Assembly (NCBI GenBank): GCA_039589315.1
Contig: JBDHHQ010000106.1
Location: 1-13,761 of the forward strand
DNA: 13,761 nt
Source: Gemmatimonadota bacterium
Lineage (GTDB): Bacteria; Gemmatimonadota; Gemmatimonadetes; Longimicrobiales; Gaopeijiaceae
Direction of reading: 5' to 3'
In this document: one piece after another, positions 1-8,225 of the stretch
Numbering within the stretch: the first letter of the stretch is position 1
Layout: every line of letters begins with the position of its first letter
Notes under the pieces: generated by a model
Told to the model about the DNA's origin: nothing
The model's database searches: none
The model's input: only the letters and a program-made list of their open reading frames with translations
Translations under genes and position numbers: made by a program

Positions 1-5
1 TACGT

Positions 6-34
6 ATACGTGTAGATCATGACAGTACACGTAT
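6..34. promoter_or_regulatory. AT-rich inverted repeat, putative operator of a minus-strand gene that runs off the window
   Basis: ATACGTGTA (6-14) and TACACGTAT (26-34) are exact reverse complements with an 11-nt spacer. There is an extra palindrome ACGTATACGT at 2-11. The minus strand has TACTGT (27-22) and an ATG at 20-18 (MIYTYT...). Confidence 0.4.
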
Positions 35-73
35 CTGCCTGGGCGCTGTCTGGCCTTTGAGCGTGAGACCCTC

Positions 74-2413
74 TCAGCCCCCTAGCCTCTCCAGCGCCTC
101 CCGCGCTTCCATGATCTCCGGAAGGTCCTGATTACCCTCCCGGGTGATGGTCAGGAAGCTGCGGTAGTATGTGCGGGCCTGATCCGCGTCACCGCGGTCG
201 TCGTGGAGGCGGGCCAACCCGAGCTGTGAGTGGAAGCGGTTGAAGGTGTAGAGGTTTCCGGAATAGTAGCGAATGGCCTCGGTAGAGTTGCCCTCCGCCG
301 TTTCCACCTCGGCGAGCGTGGCCCGCGCCAAGTCTCCCTGGACGCCGGGCCCGGAGGCCACTGGGCCCAGGAGGCGTCGCGCATCGGCTACCCTCCCCTC
401 CTCCGCAGCGATGGTGCCCTCGACGGCGTCACCGTACTCCGTTCGGACCTGGGCAGTGGGTCCTTCTGCCTCCGCCGCCCAACTCCGGATCTTGCCCAGG
501 GTCTCGCGCGCACCACGGAGGTCCCCGCTGCGGGCGAGACCCCACCCGACGAAGAGCAGGCAGGACGTGTTCAGGGCCGGCTGCTCGCAGTCGCCGGGCC
601 GCGCAAGCTGGCGGAGGTCGGTCTCCGCTGCGGTGGACCACCCACCCAGCATCCAACCGGCTCCGAGGCTTTTGATTGAAATCGGAAGGTCCAGCGTGTC
701 CGTGAGGCGCGCGGCCCGATCCAGGGCGCCCTCGGCACCGAGCATGTAGAACATCCACTGGTGATCCGAGCCGGCCCGGTCGCGATTGGCCCACAGAAGG
801 TCACGCAGTCGATCGTACCGGTCCTGGCGATTCGCGAACGAGATCCGGATTCGGTTGATCACGCCGATGGCGACCTCGCGCGACGCCTCGATGGCCTCGG
901 CAGCCTCCTGGTCACTCCCGAGTAGGAGGGGAATGGCCAGCTCGAACTCCGTGACGTAGCGCACGTCCTCCGTGGAGCTCCGGTACCGCTCCAGATCGGC
1001 TTCCGCGGCGGCCCGGTCCCCGTTGGCGATGGTGAGCTCGAGGGCGTGAACCCGATAGGGACCGAAGCCCGGATCGAGCTCCACCGCCTGTCCGAACGCC
1101 TCCACGGCCTGATGCAGCGTGGCGACGCCGGTCTCGAGACCCACGTGGTAGATGTACTCGCCCAGCTCGAACCAGAGATCGGGATCGTCGGGGTACAGTC
1201 GCACGCCCTCCTGCACGTCGGCGAAGTACGTGGGGTCGCCGGTTCGCACGGCCTCCGACGCCCGCACCAGGATTCGGTCCCGCGCGGGGAGGCGATCCAC
1301 CAGGGCCAGGGCACGCTCGCCGGCGCGGGCCCCCGCCGCGCTCCCGATGTTGTCCAGCCAGCCGTAGGAGTTGGAGAGGCGGAGCCACGCCAGGGCGAAC
1401 AGGGAGTCCAGCTCGACGGCCCGCTCGTACGAAGCCACCGCCGCCGCGAAGTCCGCGCTCCGGAAGGCAGACTCTCCCTCGAGGTAGGCCCGGAGCGACG
1501 GCAGCGAGGTGGTGGTGAGGGCGTTCAGGCGCACGTCCTGCACCATCCCCTGTCCCGTGCCCCCTCCAAGAAGCTCTCGGGTCAGGTCCACGGAGAGGGC
1601 GGACGTGAGGTCCAGCACGTCATCGGCAGGGCCTTCCTGCGAGACCTGTGCAACCTTGTCGCCGCTGGACAGGTCGTAGAGGTCCGCGCTGAGCCGGATC
1701 CCCGCCGGATTCCCCACCAGGGCGCCCACCAGGGCGTAGCGGGCCCCGGTCTGGGCGGCCACTTCCAAAGATGTGCGGAGGTCCGGAACGTCGTCCCCCT
1801 CCACCCGGTCCCTCCACTGCGCCATGACGGTGCGCGAATCGATGGTCCGGTAGCCACCCATGCCATCGAGGTTGGTGGCCAACAGGTCCACCATGCCCTC
1901 GCGCCACAGCTCCAGCTCGGTGCCACCGGTGACGGAAAAGGGCACCACGGCGATCCCGGCCGCCGCCTCGTCGGCGCCCACCTCCTGGGGTCCCAGGATG
2001 CCGGGTCGCCCCGTGAGCCCCACGTAGAGGCCGGCGCCGCCGAACAGCAGCGACAGGGCCACGACGCCTCCCAGGATGGCCCGGCCCCACGTGAGATGGG
2101 GGAGCTGGCCGGACCTCAGGCTTTGGATGACGTCGGCAGGTGCGATCTCCCAGTCGGTGGGAATCTCCCCCGCCTCCTCCGCCGCCGTGGTGGACGGCTG
2201 GGCCTGCACCCATGCCGTTGCCAGGATGATGATCAGCCCGATGAGGAGGAGCAGCAACGCAAGGGCGCCCACCCAAGTCGGGAGCCCCGCTGTGTTTTGG
2301 AGCACGTCGGCGATCTGGAGCACGACCCACGAGGCGCCCAGGTATACCAACAGTACCTGGACGATGCGGGCCTGCTTGAGGCGGTCGATGAGCGAAGGGG
2401 GGCGGGCTGACAT
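74..2413 (-). CDS. Membrane-anchored TolB-N-like/TPR repeat protein
   Basis: N-terminal two-TM module (RLKQARIVQVLLVYLGASWVVLQIAD...ALALLLLLIGLIIILATAW), third TM (AILGGVVALSLLFGGAGLYVGL), TolB-N-like IAVVPF...GMVDLL domain, then TPR motifs (AVASYERAVELDSLFALAWLRL; AFGQAVELDPGF). ATG 2413 is preferred over the TTG at 2422. Confidence 0.85.
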   Translation of the reverse strand: MSARPPSLIDRLKQARIVQVLLVYLGASWVVLQIADVLQNTAGLPTWVGALALLLLLIGLIIILATAWVQAQPSTTAAEEAGEIPTDWEIAPADVIQSLRSGQLPHLTWGRAILGGVVALSLLFGGAGLYVGLTGRPGILGPQEVGADEAAAGIAVVPFSVTGGTELELWREGMVDLLATNLDGMGGYRTIDSRTVMAQWRDRVEGDDVPDLRTSLEVAAQTGARYALVGALVGNPAGIRLSADLYDLSSGDKVAQVSQEGPADDVLDLTSALSVDLTRELLGGGTGQGMVQDVRLNALTTTSLPSLRAYLEGESAFRSADFAAAVASYERAVELDSLFALAWLRLSNSYGWLDNIGSAAGARAGERALALVDRLPARDRILVRASEAVRTGDPTYFADVQEGVRLYPDDPDLWFELGEYIYHVGLETGVATLHQAVEAFGQAVELDPGFGPYRVHALELTIANGDRAAAEADLERYRSSTEDVRYVTEFELAIPLLLGSDQEAAEAIEASREVAIGVINRIRISFANRQDRYDRLRDLLWANRDRAGSDHQWMFYMLGAEGALDRAARLTDTLDLPISIKSLGAGWMLGGWSTAAETDLRQLARPGDCEQPALNTSCLLFVGWGLARSGDLRGARETLGKIRSWAAEAEGPTAQVRTEYGDAVEGTIAAEEGRVADARRLLGPVASGPGVQGDLARATLAEVETAEGNSTEAIRYYSGNLYTFNRFHSQLGLARLHDDRGDADQARTYYRSFLTITREGNQDLPEIMEAREALERLGG

Positions 2414-2420
2414 GGCTGGC

Positions 2421-2426
2421 AAGATA
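2421..2426 (-). promoter_or_regulatory. Putative -10 element for a leaderless transcript of the TPR gene
   Basis: Minus-strand TATCTT lies 7 nt upstream of ATG 2413 and no Shine-Dalgarno sequence is visible. Confidence 0.35.
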
Positions 2427-2559
2427 GGCCAGAGCGGTCCGAAGACGCCACGGTATTGGACCTGTCCCCAATGGCCTTGTCACGCGGGTGGGCGCTTCTC
2501 GCCCTTCCTCTGCCCACCGCGAGCCGCGCCCGCCAGGGTCCGGCCCGAGACCGGCGTCG

Positions 2560-2731
2560 CTATCCGAGGCCCATCCATCGGCCGACCGCGAAGGTGGCCG
2601 ACGCCACGGCTGCGGTCAGCACGGCGCCCCAGATCATGTCGACCGGGACCATCCGAGCGGGGAAGCCCGCCATTGTAGCCAGGTTGGTGAGGTCGTAGGC
2701 CGCGTAGGCCACGAGACGTCATCGGAGTCAT
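2560..2731 (-). pseudogene. DUF2177-like membrane protein remnant (5' part deleted)
   Basis: 2715-2560 translates to LVAYAAYDLTNLATMAGFPARMVPVDMIWGAVLTAAVASATFAVGRWMGLG*, matching the recalled DUF2177 C-terminal YDLTNLAT...VDMxWG signature. The frame is closed by TGA at 2721-2719. ATG 2731 (MTPMT) is in another frame. Confidence 0.75.
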
Positions 2732-2741
2732 GGCACGCCCA

Positions 2742-5450
2742 CTATCCCCCCACCCGCTCTTTCAGCTCCTCGAAGTAGTTCTGGACGTAGATGTACTTCG
2801 TTTGTGATGCCGTCGTGGCTCCAATGGATCGGATCATGAGAAAGCGCTGGTCGTCTACCGCCACGTCGAAGGCTGGCCATAGTACGCCTTCATGGTAGAA
2901 TACGCTCGCATCGAACAGGCGCTCGCGGGTCTCGACGCTGAAGGACGGATCGGTGGCAAACGTGGCGACCGAGATCCAATCGTCGCCGTCGATGTAGAAC
3001 AGCTCGCGGCCGTTGTGCGCCCAGACCGGACTGATGCCACCATTGGTGGACACCTGGACCTGGGACCGTGCCTCGGGGAAGGGCCGCACGAACACCTCGT
3101 CCTGGCCCGAGGTATTCGACATGTACGCCATCCATCGACCGTCGGGCGAGAGGCTCACGTTGCTCTCGTCGAATTCCGAAGAGAGCAGGTTCGGCGTGAC
3201 GCTGTCCGTGCTCAGGTCGAGCAACCCGATATCGCCGCCCTCCTGGGTCGCGGGATTGCCCTCCCGAAAAAGCATTCCGCCCCCGTCCGGTGTGAAGAAC
3301 ACCTCGTAGACCTGCCGCTCCCGTTCGAGGAGGAGCTCGAAGGCGCTGCCCGAGCTACCGTCGGCCGCAACGCTCCGTGCCGTGTACGTGCCCCCCTCGT
3401 TCGTGACGTAGGCGACGGACCGTCCATCCAACGACCACTGCGGTCTGCGCGTGAACGAATTGTGGGTCGTGAGCCGCGTGCTGGGGCCATTGGGCAGCTC
3501 CTTGACCCATAGCTCGGGCGCGGCCGCGCCGCTCACGTCGGTTCCCACGATCGTAACGGCGACGCGATTGTCGTCCGGGGACAGGGACAGCGTCTGATAC
3601 AGGGCAGGGCCCATGTCCGGATCGACCAGCTCGGCCTGGCCGCCTCGATCGACCCAGACCAGCTCACGATCGGTGCTGGTCGCGACTCCCGTACCGATAA
3701 GCATCGTGCCGTCCCAGGCCACGGAGAGCTGTGGCGATGTGAGATTGACGACCACCCCGTCGAACAGCGGGATGCCCGGCCCTGTGAGCTCGAGGGCGTC
3801 GAGGTCGAAGGGTGCCGCGAACACGGCCCCGTCCGACCGCACGTACATCAGCTGGCCAATGGGTGTGTACCAGCCACGGATGGCGTCGTCCAGCAGGATC
3901 CGGGTCGTGTCCGCTTCGAAGTCCACGACTCCGACGACCGTCGTCTGCTGGCATACCTCGGGGCAGAGCGATACCAGGGCTCCGCGCGATCCCGGAAGCG
4001 CCGCGGCGTAGCTGACCTGAATGATGCCCTGGTCTCCGTACGCGACAACCGTGTCCGCCTGTCCCCCCGCCTCGGGAATCCGCATCAGGACATTCCCGGG
4101 GAGCTCGAAGAGAATGGTCCCATCATCCAGCCAAGCCAGTGCGATCATGCTGTTGGGCGCCGGAGTCAGACCCTCCGCGAGCGTCACGGTAGAGCCGTCG
4201 CCGATCGGCCGCTTCTTGAGCTCCGAGCCCGCTGCGAACGCGATCCACCTGCTATCCGGCGAGTACGTGATGTTCTGGGCTCCCTCCGTGCCCGGCAGGA
4301 ACGTGGCCTCGGCTGCGTCGCGGGGCTTCAGCCACAGGTTCCGGCTCTGCCCGTCCTCGGTGGCCAGCGCGTAGACCATGCTGGAGCCGTCGGGGGCCAG
4401 GGCGCTGTAGGTGCCAACGGCCCGGGGCATCCCGCCAGCGACCGGGGCGATCTCCTGACGCATGACCGACACGGGCTGCGCGGAGTCCGCCAGGAAGCCC
4501 CATGCCGCCGCCAGCACCGCCACAGCGGCGATGGCGCTGGTGGCCACCGCGATCCGCTTCCAGCGATTCGACGTCTCGGTGGCCGCCTCGGCTTCAGCTC
4601 CGTGCCGGAACCCGCTGTCGCCCAGCGCCTTGGCAAAGCCGTGCGCGTCCGTAAACCGGTCGGCGGGCAGTTTCTCGAGCGCTTTCCGGATCGCCGCGTC
4701 CACGTTCCTCGGGATCGACTTCCGGGCGGCGGTCGCCGAGACCGGCAGGCCCTGGATGATTTTGCCCAGGACCGCTTGGGCCGTGTTGCCCAGGTAGGGG
4801 GGCTCGCCCACCAGCATCTCGTAGAGCACGCAGCCCAGCGCGTAGATGTCGCTGGCCGGTCCCACCACCTGGTCGCCCGTGGCCTGCTCGGGGCTCATGT
4901 AGTAGGGTGTGCCCACGCTGAGGCCTGTCTCGGTGAGGCGGCTGCCGCCCGCCGCGCCCACGGCCAGCGCGATGCCGAAGTCCGCGACCAGCGGCTCGCC
5001 GCGGCTGAGCAGGATGTTGGCGGGCTTGATGTCGCGATGGACGATGCCCTGCTCGTGGGCGGTGTGCAGCGCGTTGGCCACGGCCGTGGCGATGCCCAGC
5101 GCCTCGTCCACCGGGAGCTGCTTCTCCCGGTCGATCCGATCCCGCAGCGTCTCGCCCTCCACGTAAGGCATTACGTAGAACAGGAAGCCGTCCGCCTCGC
5201 CGCTGTCGAAAAGCGGGAGGATGTGGGGGTGCTGGAGGTTGGCCGTCGTTTTGATCTCCGTGAGAAAGCGCTCGGCTCCGACGACCGCTGCGAGCTCGGG
5301 CTTCAGGACTTTGACCGCGACCTTGCGCTCATGCCGGAGATCGTCGGCCAGGTAGACCGTGGCCATGCCTCCGGCGCCGAGCTCACGCTCGATGCGGTAC
5401 CGGCCCTCGAGGGCGGCGTTCAGACGGGTGACGGGATCAGGATCTGGCAT
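2742..5450 (-). CDS. Hanks-type Ser/Thr protein kinase with TM helix and C-terminal TolB/PD40 beta-propeller
   Basis: GAGGMATVY, VAVK, HRDIKPAN, DFG and GTPYYMSPEQ motifs; TM IAVATSAIAAVAVLAAAWGFL; repeated SPDG/APDG/TPDG blades; GAGG upstream of the ATG. Confidence 0.95.
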   Translation of the reverse strand: MPDPDPVTRLNAALEGRYRIERELGAGGMATVYLADDLRHERKVAVKVLKPELAAVVGAERFLTEIKTTANLQHPHILPLFDSGEADGFLFYVMPYVEGETLRDRIDREKQLPVDEALGIATAVANALHTAHEQGIVHRDIKPANILLSRGEPLVADFGIALAVGAAGGSRLTETGLSVGTPYYMSPEQATGDQVVGPASDIYALGCVLYEMLVGEPPYLGNTAQAVLGKIIQGLPVSATAARKSIPRNVDAAIRKALEKLPADRFTDAHGFAKALGDSGFRHGAEAEAATETSNRWKRIAVATSAIAAVAVLAAAWGFLADSAQPVSVMRQEIAPVAGGMPRAVGTYSALAPDGSSMVYALATEDGQSRNLWLKPRDAAEATFLPGTEGAQNITYSPDSRWIAFAAGSELKKRPIGDGSTVTLAEGLTPAPNSMIALAWLDDGTILFELPGNVLMRIPEAGGQADTVVAYGDQGIIQVSYAAALPGSRGALVSLCPEVCQQTTVVGVVDFEADTTRILLDDAIRGWYTPIGQLMYVRSDGAVFAAPFDLDALELTGPGIPLFDGVVVNLTSPQLSVAWDGTMLIGTGVATSTDRELVWVDRGGQAELVDPDMGPALYQTLSLSPDDNRVAVTIVGTDVSGAAAPELWVKELPNGPSTRLTTHNSFTRRPQWSLDGRSVAYVTNEGGTYTARSVAADGSSGSAFELLLERERQVYEVFFTPDGGGMLFREGNPATQEGGDIGLLDLSTDSVTPNLLSSEFDESNVSLSPDGRWMAYMSNTSGQDEVFVRPFPEARSQVQVSTNGGISPVWAHNGRELFYIDGDDWISVATFATDPSFSVETRERLFDASVFYHEGVLWPAFDVAVDDQRFLMIRSIGATTASQTKYIYVQNYFEELKERVGG

Positions 5451-5630
5451 CGGTGCCTCGGTGGAGACTGGGTGACTGAATCACGATAGGGCGCGGCGCG
5501 TGCCCGCGCACCGTTCATGCCTCCCGATCGGGTGCCCGTACTCCGAACCGGCGGCCAGACCATATTGGACTGAGTGGCCGAGAGGCCCACTCCCGACCAG
5601 CGGCACGGAGTCCTGATAGTGGCCCGAGGC

Positions 5631-5966
5631 ATGTCCGACAAGCGCGCGCCCTGTAGCCACAACGTCTACGTCGTCCGCCTCGACCCGGCGGTCCTGAAGC
5701 ACCCGAAGTTTCGGAACGCCAACCCGGTCTACGTCGAGGGCCGGCCCTGCGTGTACGTGGGCATGACGGGCCTCACCCCCGACGAGCGCTTCCAGAACCA
5801 CAAGCGAGGCCACAAGGGCAACTGGTACGTGAAGGAGTACGGGATTCGGCTGATGCCCGAGTGGTACGCCAAGTCGAACCCCCTGTCCTACGAGGACGCG
5901 CAGAAGTGGGAGTACGAGCTCGCGGAGCGGCTCCGGGGTCAAGGCTGGGCCGTGTGGCAGAACTAA
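5631..5966 (+). CDS. Small stand-alone GIY-YIG-like nuclease family protein
   Basis: NVYVVRL...CVYVGMT...ERFQNHKRG...AQKWEYELA fits the GIY-YIG two-strand plus Arg/His/Glu layout. Clean GC3-rich codons start at ATG 5631 (the ORF track starts at GTG 5574). Confidence 0.75.
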   Translation: MSDKRAPCSHNVYVVRLDPAVLKHPKFRNANPVYVEGRPCVYVGMTGLTPDERFQNHKRGHKGNWYVKEYGIRLMPEWYAKSNPLSYEDAQKWEYELAERLRGQGWAVWQN

Positions 5967-5970
5967 GGGG

Positions 5971-6091
5971 GTGTCCGACGTTCGACGCGGGTCAGTCTCA
6001 ACCGGCCATTCGCTGGCACGGCCCCAAGAGCGGGCACGCCGAGGACGATCAACGCTTCATCGACGCGGCGTCGGATCTGGAAGATGCATGA
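5971..6091 (+). pseudogene. Degenerate DUF3018/MazE-like antitoxin remnant
   Basis: SGHAEDDQRFIDAASDLEDA* (6029-6091) resembles the C-terminus of DUF3018-type antitoxins, and its TGA overlaps the toxin ATG (ATGA). VSDVR...HSLA from 5971, in a different frame, resembles the upstream VPDVR...QSLA segment. No in-frame start exists after the GIY-YIG stop. Confidence 0.6.
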
Positions 6092-6504
6092 GACGCGGCG
6101 AGATTTGGACGATCTCAGGTGGACAGGACTACGCGGGGACGCCTCGCCCTGCAGCCATCGTCCAGGAGGACGGCTTCGACGCCACTGCTTCGGTGACGAT
6201 CTGCGCTCTCACCACGGATCCCACTGAGGCACCCCTTTTCCGCGTCCTCATCGAGCCGACCGAGTCAAATGCTCTGCGTGTGCCGAGCAGACTGATGGTC
6301 GACAAGCTCACGACCGTCCCGAAGCCCAAGGTCGGCTACCGAGTGGGACGGCTGGACGCCGAGGACATCGTGCGTCTGAACCGGGCCATGCTCGTCTTTC
6401 TGGGACTGGCGGGACCACGCCGCCAACCTCCAGGGCGACTGTGCGGCCGCCTGACCTACTGCCTGTGTAACGAGGCTGGCTCAAGTTCCTGCAACACTCG
6501 TTGA
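6088..6504 (+). CDS. mazF: MazF/PemK family type II toxin (mRNA interferase), C-terminally extended
   Basis: MRRGEIWT...AGTPRPAAIVQ...VTICALTT...SRLMVDKLTTV...VGRL...LNRAMLVFLGL is a typical PemK pattern. The likely start is ATG 6088. Confidence 0.85.
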   Translation: MRRGEIWTISGGQDYAGTPRPAAIVQEDGFDATASVTICALTTDPTEAPLFRVLIEPTESNALRVPSRLMVDKLTTVPKPKVGYRVGRLDAEDIVRLNRAMLVFLGLAGPRRQPPGRLCGRLTYCLCNEAGSSSCNTR

Positions 6505-6562
6505 GGACCTGAGACGTCGCCCGGGGGCCGGCCCGCCCTGGCGTCCGGCCGAACGCTTACCC

Positions 6563-6592
6563 TTGTCCGGCGCCTCACGCCCGGTCTACCGT
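6563..6592 (+). promoter_or_regulatory. Putative sigma70-like promoter for the second TPR gene
   Basis: TTGTCC (6563-6568), 18-nt spacer, TACCGT (6587-6592). Confidence 0.3.
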
Positions 6593-6644
6593 GCAAGTGT
6601 CCTCAACCCCGCGTTGCGGGAGCCTGACCCGTCCGTGACCCGCC

Positions 6645-8222
6645 GTGAAAGCACTCTTCAAGGAGCTGCGCGACCGAGGCGTCGTGAAGGTGGGCGTCAC
6701 CTACCTCGTTGCGGCCTGGGTCGCACTCCAGGTGGCCGACGTAGCCTTTCCGGCCATGGGTTTGCCCGAGTCGGCCGTCACGCTCGTATTGGGTCTGCTG
6801 ACCCTCGGATTCCCGCTGGCGATCGCCCTGGCCTGGGCGTTCGACATCACCCCGGACGGGATCCGGCGCGCGGACGCCCGCGCGCCTACGACGGAGGTCG
6901 ACGCCGAAGCCCAAGAGGACGCGTCGAGCCCGGAGCCGCCGTCTCCGCCGACCCCCGGGCGCTCCATCGCCGTGCTTCCCTTCCCGGACATGAGCGCGGA
7001 GCGGGACCAGGAGCATTTCTGCGACGGGCTCACCGAAGAGCTCCTCAACGTGCTCACGCGCATTCCCGAGTTGCGGGTCGCCTCCCGAACGTCGTGCTTC
7101 GCCTTCAAGGGCCAGGACGTCGACCTGCAGTCGGTGGCAGAGAAGCTCCGTGTGGACCACGTCCTGGAGGGCAGCGTCCGCAAGTCCGGAAACCGGGTCC
7201 GGATCACCGCGCAGCTGATCGAGGCTGCCACGGACTCGCACCTGTGGTCCGAGACCTACGATCGCGAGCTCGACGACATCTTCGCCATCCAGGACGACAT
7301 CGCCGCCCAGGTGCTGGACGCACTCAAGCTGAAGCTGAGTGCGCAGCCCCTCGTGGACCCCACGACCGGTAGCGCCAAGGCCTACGAGTACTTCCTGAGC
7401 GGCCAGGGGTATGAGATCTCGTTGAGCGCCCGCGGCCTCGCGCGGGCTACGGAGCTGTTTCAGCGGGCGGTCGAGGCCGATCCGGAATTCCTGCGCGCGT
7501 GGATCGCTCTCGCCAGGGTCACCGCGACACGGGCGCTCTTCCTAGGCTGCGACGATCCCTGCCCGGCCATCGCGGAAGAGGCGGGCGAGCGTGCCATGAG
7601 GCTCGCTCCGGACCGAGCTGATAGCCACCTGGCCCGGGGATTCGGGCATATGGCGAGCAAACGCTACGCCGACGCGGAGCGAGACTTCCTGAAGGCCATC
7701 GAGCTCGACCCCGTTCAGGCGATTGCCCATCACTACGTGGCCCGAAGCGCTTATCACCGGGGCCAGATGGAGAAGGCACTCGAGCACTTCGCGCGGGCGA
7801 CCACGCTCGACCCGGAAGACTACGAAAGTCCCCTTCTGGCGCTGGGTATCTACGAGAAGACCGGCGACCGTGAGGGCGAGTTGCGTGCGGCACGCACCGG
7901 GGTGGAACGCGCAGAGCGGCATCTTGAGGACTACCCGGACAATCAGCGCGCCTACTACCTCGGGATTGCGGGGCTCGTGTCCCTCGGCCAAATGGATCGG
8001 GCTCGCGAATGGGCCGAACATACGCTGGCCATCGATCCGAACGATCCGCCGACCCGCTACAACCTTTCGTGCTTCTACGCTCGCGCCGGGGACATTGAGC
8101 GGGCGCTGGACCTGCTCGAGACCGCCATCACCTCGCGGAGCTGGATCGCGAACGACCCGGACCTGGCATCGCTCCACGGCCATCCGCGATTCGAGGCGTT
8201 GCTGGAGTCGCTAGAGGACTGA
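6645..8222 (+). CDS. Membrane-anchored TolB-N-like/TPR protein
   Basis: Two-TM N-module (ELRDRGVVKVGVTYLVAAWVALQVAD...LGFPLAIALAWAFDITPDG), TolB-N-like SIAVLPFPDMS...DGLTEELLN...VLEGSVRKSGNRVRITAQLI...HLWSETYDR, TPR repeats, and a typical terminal YNLSCFYA...DPDLASLHGHPRF. Confidence 0.9.
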   Translation: MKALFKELRDRGVVKVGVTYLVAAWVALQVADVAFPAMGLPESAVTLVLGLLTLGFPLAIALAWAFDITPDGIRRADARAPTTEVDAEAQEDASSPEPPSPPTPGRSIAVLPFPDMSAERDQEHFCDGLTEELLNVLTRIPELRVASRTSCFAFKGQDVDLQSVAEKLRVDHVLEGSVRKSGNRVRITAQLIEAATDSHLWSETYDRELDDIFAIQDDIAAQVLDALKLKLSAQPLVDPTTGSAKAYEYFLSGQGYEISLSARGLARATELFQRAVEADPEFLRAWIALARVTATRALFLGCDDPCPAIAEEAGERAMRLAPDRADSHLARGFGHMASKRYADAERDFLKAIELDPVQAIAHHYVARSAYHRGQMEKALEHFARATTLDPEDYESPLLALGIYEKTGDREGELRAARTGVERAERHLEDYPDNQRAYYLGIAGLVSLGQMDRAREWAEHTLAIDPNDPPTRYNLSCFYARAGDIERALDLLETAITSRSWIANDPDLASLHGHPRFEALLESLED

Positions 8223-8225
8223 GCG

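Noticed and set aside
1046..2410. 454-aa plus-strand ORF
   Set aside because: Antisense shadow of the TPR gene in high-GC DNA, with no recognisable motifs.
2483..2521. GC hairpin CGCGGGTGGGC...GCCCACCGCG as a terminator
   Set aside because: Large loop and no U-tract on the relevant minus strand, so it could be chance in high-GC DNA.
2480..2731. 83-aa minus-strand ORF as a real protein
   Set aside because: Arg/Gly-rich out-of-frame reading across the DUF2177-like remnant.
4602..5489. 295-aa plus-strand ORF
   Set aside because: Antisense shadow of the kinase domain.
5574..5586. GTGGCCGAGAGGC resembles a tRNA-Ser D-arm
   Set aside because: No anticodon arm, T-loop (GTTCGA) or acceptor stem in the right positions.
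5971..6087. N-terminal extension of MazF from GTG 5971
   Set aside because: PemK similarity starts at ATG 6088, and the upstream part is better explained as an antitoxin remnant.
6465..6506. AACGAG...CTCGTT inverted ends suggesting an integron attC site
   Set aside because: Too short, imperfect RYYYAAC/GTTRRRY boxes, poor internal pairing, and no similar sites after other genes.
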